Source: a virus. From it: DNA of 10,913 bases. The notes under the pieces are model-generated. The model was given only the letters and a program-made list of their open reading frames with translations. It did not search any database and was not told where the DNA came from. Of the stretch, positions 7,487 through 10,913 are shown piece after piece. Location of the stretch: UHGV virus genome UHGV-0220142, one strand, 5' to 3'. A program made the position numbers and the translations under genes. The stretch's first letter is position 1. Every line of letters begins with the position of its first letter.

Positions 7487-7972
7487 ATGATTACAGTAGA
7501 TAAGTGGTTTAGAATTAATCGTGCTGATACAGGGCTGTGTAATTACTGGCCGGAACTTAGTGCAGGTACTGTCTTTAAAGTTCGTGAACTTGCAAAAGAA
7601 TGTGAAGATGATATAGAGCCTGACACTGGAATTATTGAAATTGAACTTTCTGATGGAAAGATTATTAACATCTACGATAAGCCAATTACGTATTGGTGCT
7701 TGTGGAATACTGAATCAGTAGAAAATGGCGAAATTGAAGAAGTTGTAGATAGAACTAATCAAGTTGTTCAGAAGCCTAAAGCTGATTTTCAAGGTGAACG
7801 TATTTCATACGCATTAGCTAAATTAGCTGCACAAGAAAATAACGATGGCTATGAAGGAAATTTGATGCAAGCTGCGGCAGAATATATTGAATGGCTTGAA
7901 ACCCAAATTTCTTTTTCTGACCAAAAGATTCGGCAATATAAGCGATTGAATCAAATGTTTTACAATACTTGA
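7487..7972 (+). CDS. pin: candidate Pin-like protein (inhibitor of host Lon protease), 161 aa; assigned by position and size only
   Basis: Track ORF starts at TTG 7469. ATG 7487 with GGAGA 7 nt upstream gives a 161-aa product. It lies immediately upstream of gene 49, as pin does in T4. The sequence itself was not recognised. Confidence 0.45.
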   Translation: MITVDKWFRINRADTGLCNYWPELSAGTVFKVRELAKECEDDIEPDTGIIEIELSDGKIINIYDKPITYWCLWNTESVENGEIEEVVDRTNQVVQKPKADFQGERISYALAKLAAQENNDGYEGNLMQAAAEYIEWLETQISFSDQKIRQYKRLNQMFYNT

Positions 7973-7976
7973 AAAT

Positions 7977-7984
7977 AATAAATA
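7977..7984 (+). promoter_or_regulatory. late-promoter-like octamer AATAAATA, one mismatch from TATAAATA
   Basis: Sits just upstream of, and overlapping, the 5' arm of the gene 49 hairpin, so a transcript starting a few nt downstream would lack the 5' arm. Confidence 0.25.
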
Positions 7985-8015
7985 CCCTTATCTATTTAAG
8001 GTAAGGGTTTTATTA
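7984..8015 (+). terminator. stem-loop followed by T-rich run; candidate intrinsic terminator and/or SD-sequestering hairpin before gene 49
   Basis: ACCCTTA (7984-7990) pairs with TAAGGGT (8002-8008), extendable to ~10 bp with a 5-nt loop ATTTA, followed by TTTTATT. The 3' arm contains the gene 49 SD AAGGG (8003-8007), 7 nt before ATG 8015. Confidence 0.45.
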
Positions 8016-8488
8016 TGTTATTGACTGGCAAATTATATAAAGAAGAAAAACAGAAATTTTATGATGCACAAAACGGTAAATGCTTAATTTGCCAACGAGA
8101 ACTAAATCCTGACGTTCAAGCTAATCACCTCGACCATGACCATGAATTAAATGGACCAAAAGCAGGAAAAGTACGTGGATTGCTTTGTAATCTCTGCAAT
8201 GCCACAGAAGGTCAAATGAAGCACAAATTTAATCGTTCTGGCTTAAAGGGACAAGGTGTTGATTATCTTGAATGGTTAGAAAATTTACTTACTTATTTAA
8301 AATCCGATTACACCCAAAATAATATTCACCCTAACTTCGTTGGAGATAAATCAAAGGAATTTTCTCGTTTAGGAAAAGAGGAAATGATGGCCGAGATGCT
8401 TCAAAGAGGATTTGAATATAATGAATCTGACACCAAAACACAATTAATAGCTTCATTTAAGAAGCAGCTTAGAAAGAGTTTAAAATGA
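8015..8488 (+). CDS. 49: recombination endonuclease VII (Holliday-junction resolvase), 157 aa
   Basis: 157-aa product with zinc-binding Cys pairs CLIC and CNLC and the HLDHDH catalytic His/Asp cluster. N-terminal sequence MLLTGKLYKEEKQKFYDAQNGK matches my recollection of T4 gp49. Stop overlaps the nrdD start (ATGA 8485-8488). Confidence 0.92.
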   Translation: MLLTGKLYKEEKQKFYDAQNGKCLICQRELNPDVQANHLDHDHELNGPKAGKVRGLLCNLCNATEGQMKHKFNRSGLKGQGVDYLEWLENLLTYLKSDYTQNNIHPNFVGDKSKEFSRLGKEEMMAEMLQRGFEYNESDTKTQLIASFKKQLRKSLK

Positions 8489-10302
8489 CAATTGAAAAAG
8501 AAATTGAAGGATTGATTCATAAAACTAATAAAGACCTTTTAAACGAGAATGCTAATAAAGATTCTCGTGTTTTTCCAACTCAACGGGACCTTATGGCTGG
8601 TATTGTGTCTAAACACATTGCCAAAAATATGGTCCCGTCTTTTATTATGAAAGCGCATGAAAGCGGAATTATTCATTTTCATGATATTGATTATTCCCCT
8701 GCTCTTCCATTTACTAATTGCTGTTTAGTAGATTTAAAAGGAATGCTTGAGAACGGATTTAAGCTTGGTAATGCACAGATTGAAACTCCTAAATCAATTG
8801 GCGTTGCTACTGCAATTATGGCACAAATTACTGCACAGGTTGCTTCTCACCAATACGGCGGAACGACTTTTGCGAATGTAGATAAAGTACTTTCTCCTTA
8901 TGTTAAACGCACCTATGCAAAACATATTGAGGATGCAGAAAAATGGCAAATCGCTGATGCGTTGAATTATGCTCAATCTAAAACAGAAAAAGATGTATAC
9001 GATGCATTCCAAGCTTATGAATATGAAGTAAATACTCTCTTTAGTTCAAACGGACAGACTCCTTTTGTAACAATTACATTTGGTACGGGAACTGACTGGA
9101 CTGAACGAATGATTCAGAAAGCAATTCTGAAAAATCGTATTAAAGGTCTTGGTCGTGATGGGATAACTCCTATTTTCCCTAAGCTTGTTATGTTCGTTGA
9201 AGAAGGTGTTAATCTTTATAAAGACGATCCGAACTATGATATTAAGCAGCTTGCTTTAGAGTGCGCAAGCAAAAGAATGTATCCTGACATCATTTCGGCT
9301 AAGAACAATAAAGCTATCACCGGCTCATCTATTCCTGTTTCTCCAATGGGTTGCCGTAGTTTCTTGAGCGTATGGAAAGATTCGACTGGTAATGAAATTC
9401 TTGATGGACGTAATAATCTCGGTGTTGTAACACTGAATCTTCCTCGCATTGCGTTAGATTCTTATATTGGAACACAGTTCAATGAACAGAAATTTGCCGA
9501 ATTGTTCGATGAACGAATGGATTTGTGTTTTGAAGCTTTGATGTGTAGAATTAGTTCCTTAAAAGGAGTTAAAGCGACTGTTGCTCCTATTCTTTACCAA
9601 GAAGGTGCATTCGGGGTCCGTCTTAAACCTGATGACGACATAATTGAGTTATTTAAAAACGGTAGAAGTTCAGTGTCTTTAGGATACATTGGTATTCACG
9701 AATTGAATATTCTTGTCGGTCGTGATATTGGACGAGAAATTTTAACTAAGATGAATGCTCATCTTAAACAGTGGACTGAAAGAACCGGATTTGCTTTTAG
9801 TTTATATTCGACTCCTGCTGAAAACCTTTGCTATCGCTTCTGTAAACTCGATACAGAAAAATATGGAAGCGTAAAAGATGTTACTGATAAAGGCTGGTAC
9901 ACTAACAGTTTCCACGTTTCAGTAGAAGAAAATATTACTCCGTTTGAAAAGATTTCTCGTGAAGCGCCATATCATTTCATTGCGACAGGTGGTCACATTT
10001 CTTATGTTGAACTTCCTGATATGAAAAATAACTTAAAGGGTCTTGAGGCCGTATGGGATTATGCTGCACAACATTTAGATTATTTTGGTGTTAATATGCC
10101 AGTAGATAAATGTTTTACATGTGGAAGTACCCATGAAATGACTCCTACTGAAAACGGATTTGTTTGTTCTATTTGTGGAGAAACTGATCCTAAAAAGATG
10201 AACACCATAAGAAGAACATGCGGATATCTTGGAACTCCTAGCGTTGTTCCATGGAATTTAGGTAAAATGAAAGAAATGGTAAAACGAGTAAAACATGCAT
10301 AG
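8485..10302 (+). CDS. nrdD: anaerobic ribonucleoside-triphosphate reductase (class III RNR), 605 aa, uninterrupted
   Basis: C-terminal glycyl-radical motif RRTCGYLG, preceding C4 zinc ribbon (CFTCGS...CSICGE) and overall length typical of NrdD. Single continuous ORF. Confidence 0.95.
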   Translation: MTIEKEIEGLIHKTNKDLLNENANKDSRVFPTQRDLMAGIVSKHIAKNMVPSFIMKAHESGIIHFHDIDYSPALPFTNCCLVDLKGMLENGFKLGNAQIETPKSIGVATAIMAQITAQVASHQYGGTTFANVDKVLSPYVKRTYAKHIEDAEKWQIADALNYAQSKTEKDVYDAFQAYEYEVNTLFSSNGQTPFVTITFGTGTDWTERMIQKAILKNRIKGLGRDGITPIFPKLVMFVEEGVNLYKDDPNYDIKQLALECASKRMYPDIISAKNNKAITGSSIPVSPMGCRSFLSVWKDSTGNEILDGRNNLGVVTLNLPRIALDSYIGTQFNEQKFAELFDERMDLCFEALMCRISSLKGVKATVAPILYQEGAFGVRLKPDDDIIELFKNGRSSVSLGYIGIHELNILVGRDIGREILTKMNAHLKQWTERTGFAFSLYSTPAENLCYRFCKLDTEKYGSVKDVTDKGWYTNSFHVSVEENITPFEKISREAPYHFIATGGHISYVELPDMKNNLKGLEAVWDYAAQHLDYFGVNMPVDKCFTCGSTHEMTPTENGFVCSICGETDPKKMNTIRRTCGYLGTPSVVPWNLGKMKEMVKRVKHA

Positions 10303-10913
10303 GTATTATATAATTTATAAAATAACAAATATAATTAATTCAAAGGAATATATCGGTGCGCATAGCACCGATAACATAAATGACGGTTATATGGGATCAG
10401 GAACATTGATTCGTGCTGCTTTATTAAAATATGGTAGAAAAAATTTTTATAAAGAAATTTTATATGTTTTTGATAATGAAAAGCAAATGTATGATAAAGA
10501 AGCTGAACTTGTAACTGAAGAGTATTGTCTAAAAGAAAATACATATAATATTAAACCTGGTGGAAAAGGTGGAACTGCCTATGAACAGACACTTGAACAT
10601 CGCCACAAAAATAGTTTAGCAAATAAAGGTAAAAAGAGAACAGAAGAAACTAAAATAGCTATTTCACGTGCTTTAAAGAAATATAAACGTACGCCAGAGC
10701 ATCAAGCAAATTTAAATAAAGCCGTAAGCATAGCTATGAAGCGAAAAGATGTTAGAAGTAAATTAGCTGGAGAGCGGTCTGAGAAAGATAAATTATCTAT
10801 ATCAAACGGTGTTAAAAAATATTACAATTCTTTGAGTGAAGAAGAACGCGAACTTCATCGCAAGCGAATTATTGAAGGTAAAAAGAATTCTCCCATGTCA
10901 TTGGAATCTAGAC
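10295..10913 (+). CDS. GIY-YIG family homing endonuclease, 3'-truncated by window edge; sits in a slot comparable to mobC/segH of T4-like phages
   Basis: Not in the ORF track because no stop is reached. ATG 10295 overlaps the last 8 nt of nrdD. The frame stays open to the window end. Motifs: YIIYKITN...YIG, conserved Arg (LIRAAL), VFDN, Glu (KEAELV), Asn (TYNIKPGGKGG). NUMOD3-like repeat KKRTEETKIAISRALK. Clear paralog of the 689-1408 gene (shared NINDxYxGSG, VFDN, AE(I/L)L). Confidence 0.8.
   Translation, partial: MHRYYIIYKITNIINSKEYIGAHSTDNINDGYMGSGTLIRAALLKYGRKNFYKEILYVFDNEKQMYDKEAELVTEEYCLKENTYNIKPGGKGGTAYEQTLEHRHKNSLANKGKKRTEETKIAISRALKKYKRTPEHQANLNKAVSIAMKRKDVRSKLAGERSEKDKLSISNGVKKYYNSLSEEERELHRKRIIEGKKNSPMSLESR

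Noticed and set aside
8485-10302. Group I intron or intein within nrdD
   Set aside because: The frame is continuous for 605 codons with the glycyl-radical and zinc-ribbon motifs in normal order, and there is no stop-rich insert.
10304-10323. TATAAT and TATAAAAT strings just after the nrdD stop as a promoter
   Set aside because: They lie inside the first codons of the GIY-YIG gene with no usable -35 or MotA box at the right spacing. They probably reflect AT-rich coding sequence.
10413-10434. Exact MotA-box core TGCTTTA at 10416-10422
   Set aside because: The nearest TAnnnT candidate is only 6 bp downstream instead of ~12, and the site is inside a coding region.
1641-10544. All ten minus-strand ORFs in the track (1641-1829, 4801-4989, 4986-5177, 5451-5687, 5868-6197, 6546-6749, 8794-9012, 9234-9449, 10080-10328, 10335-10544)
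   Set aside because: Each is short (62-109 codons), lies antisense within a well-supported plus-strand gene, and has no Shine-Dalgarno or promoter context. They are typical antisense artefacts in AT-rich DNA.
1-10913. tRNA, rRNA, CRISPR array or integrase/attachment-site signatures
   Set aside because: No repeat-spacer periodicity, no cloverleaf-like GC-rich structured segments in the short intergenic gaps, and no integrase-like ORF were seen.

Overview
AT-rich, densely packed, single-strand (+) gene array that reads like an early/middle region of a T4-like (T-even) phage. Recognisable anchors are nrdC (phage glutaredoxin/thioredoxin, 6384-6647), gene 49 (endonuclease VII, 8015-8488) and an uninterrupted, intronless nrdD (anaerobic class III ribonucleotide reductase, 8485-10302). 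Two paralogous GIY-YIG homing-endonuclease genes bracket the window: 689-1408, coupled to a 5'-truncated P-loop ATPase gene, and 10295-end, overlapping the nrdD stop. Between the first of these and nrdC lies a block of eight uncharacterised ORFs (1491-6382) with its own promoter-like elements; it includes a small two-TM membrane protein, three consecutive ~300-aa proteins that each end in a coiled-coil-like tail, and a C4 zinc-ribbon protein. This block is the best candidate for an undescribed accessory system, but no function can be assigned from sequence alone. Regulatory signals visible directly are GTTTAC-18 bp-TATAAT type promoter-like elements, one MotA-box-like middle promoter, and two stem-loops that would sequester the Shine-Dalgarno of the downstream gene (before 1854 and before gene 49). 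No tRNA, rRNA or CRISPR was seen, and the minus-strand ORFs look spurious. All assignments rest on reading motifs and on recalled knowledge of T4; no database search was run.
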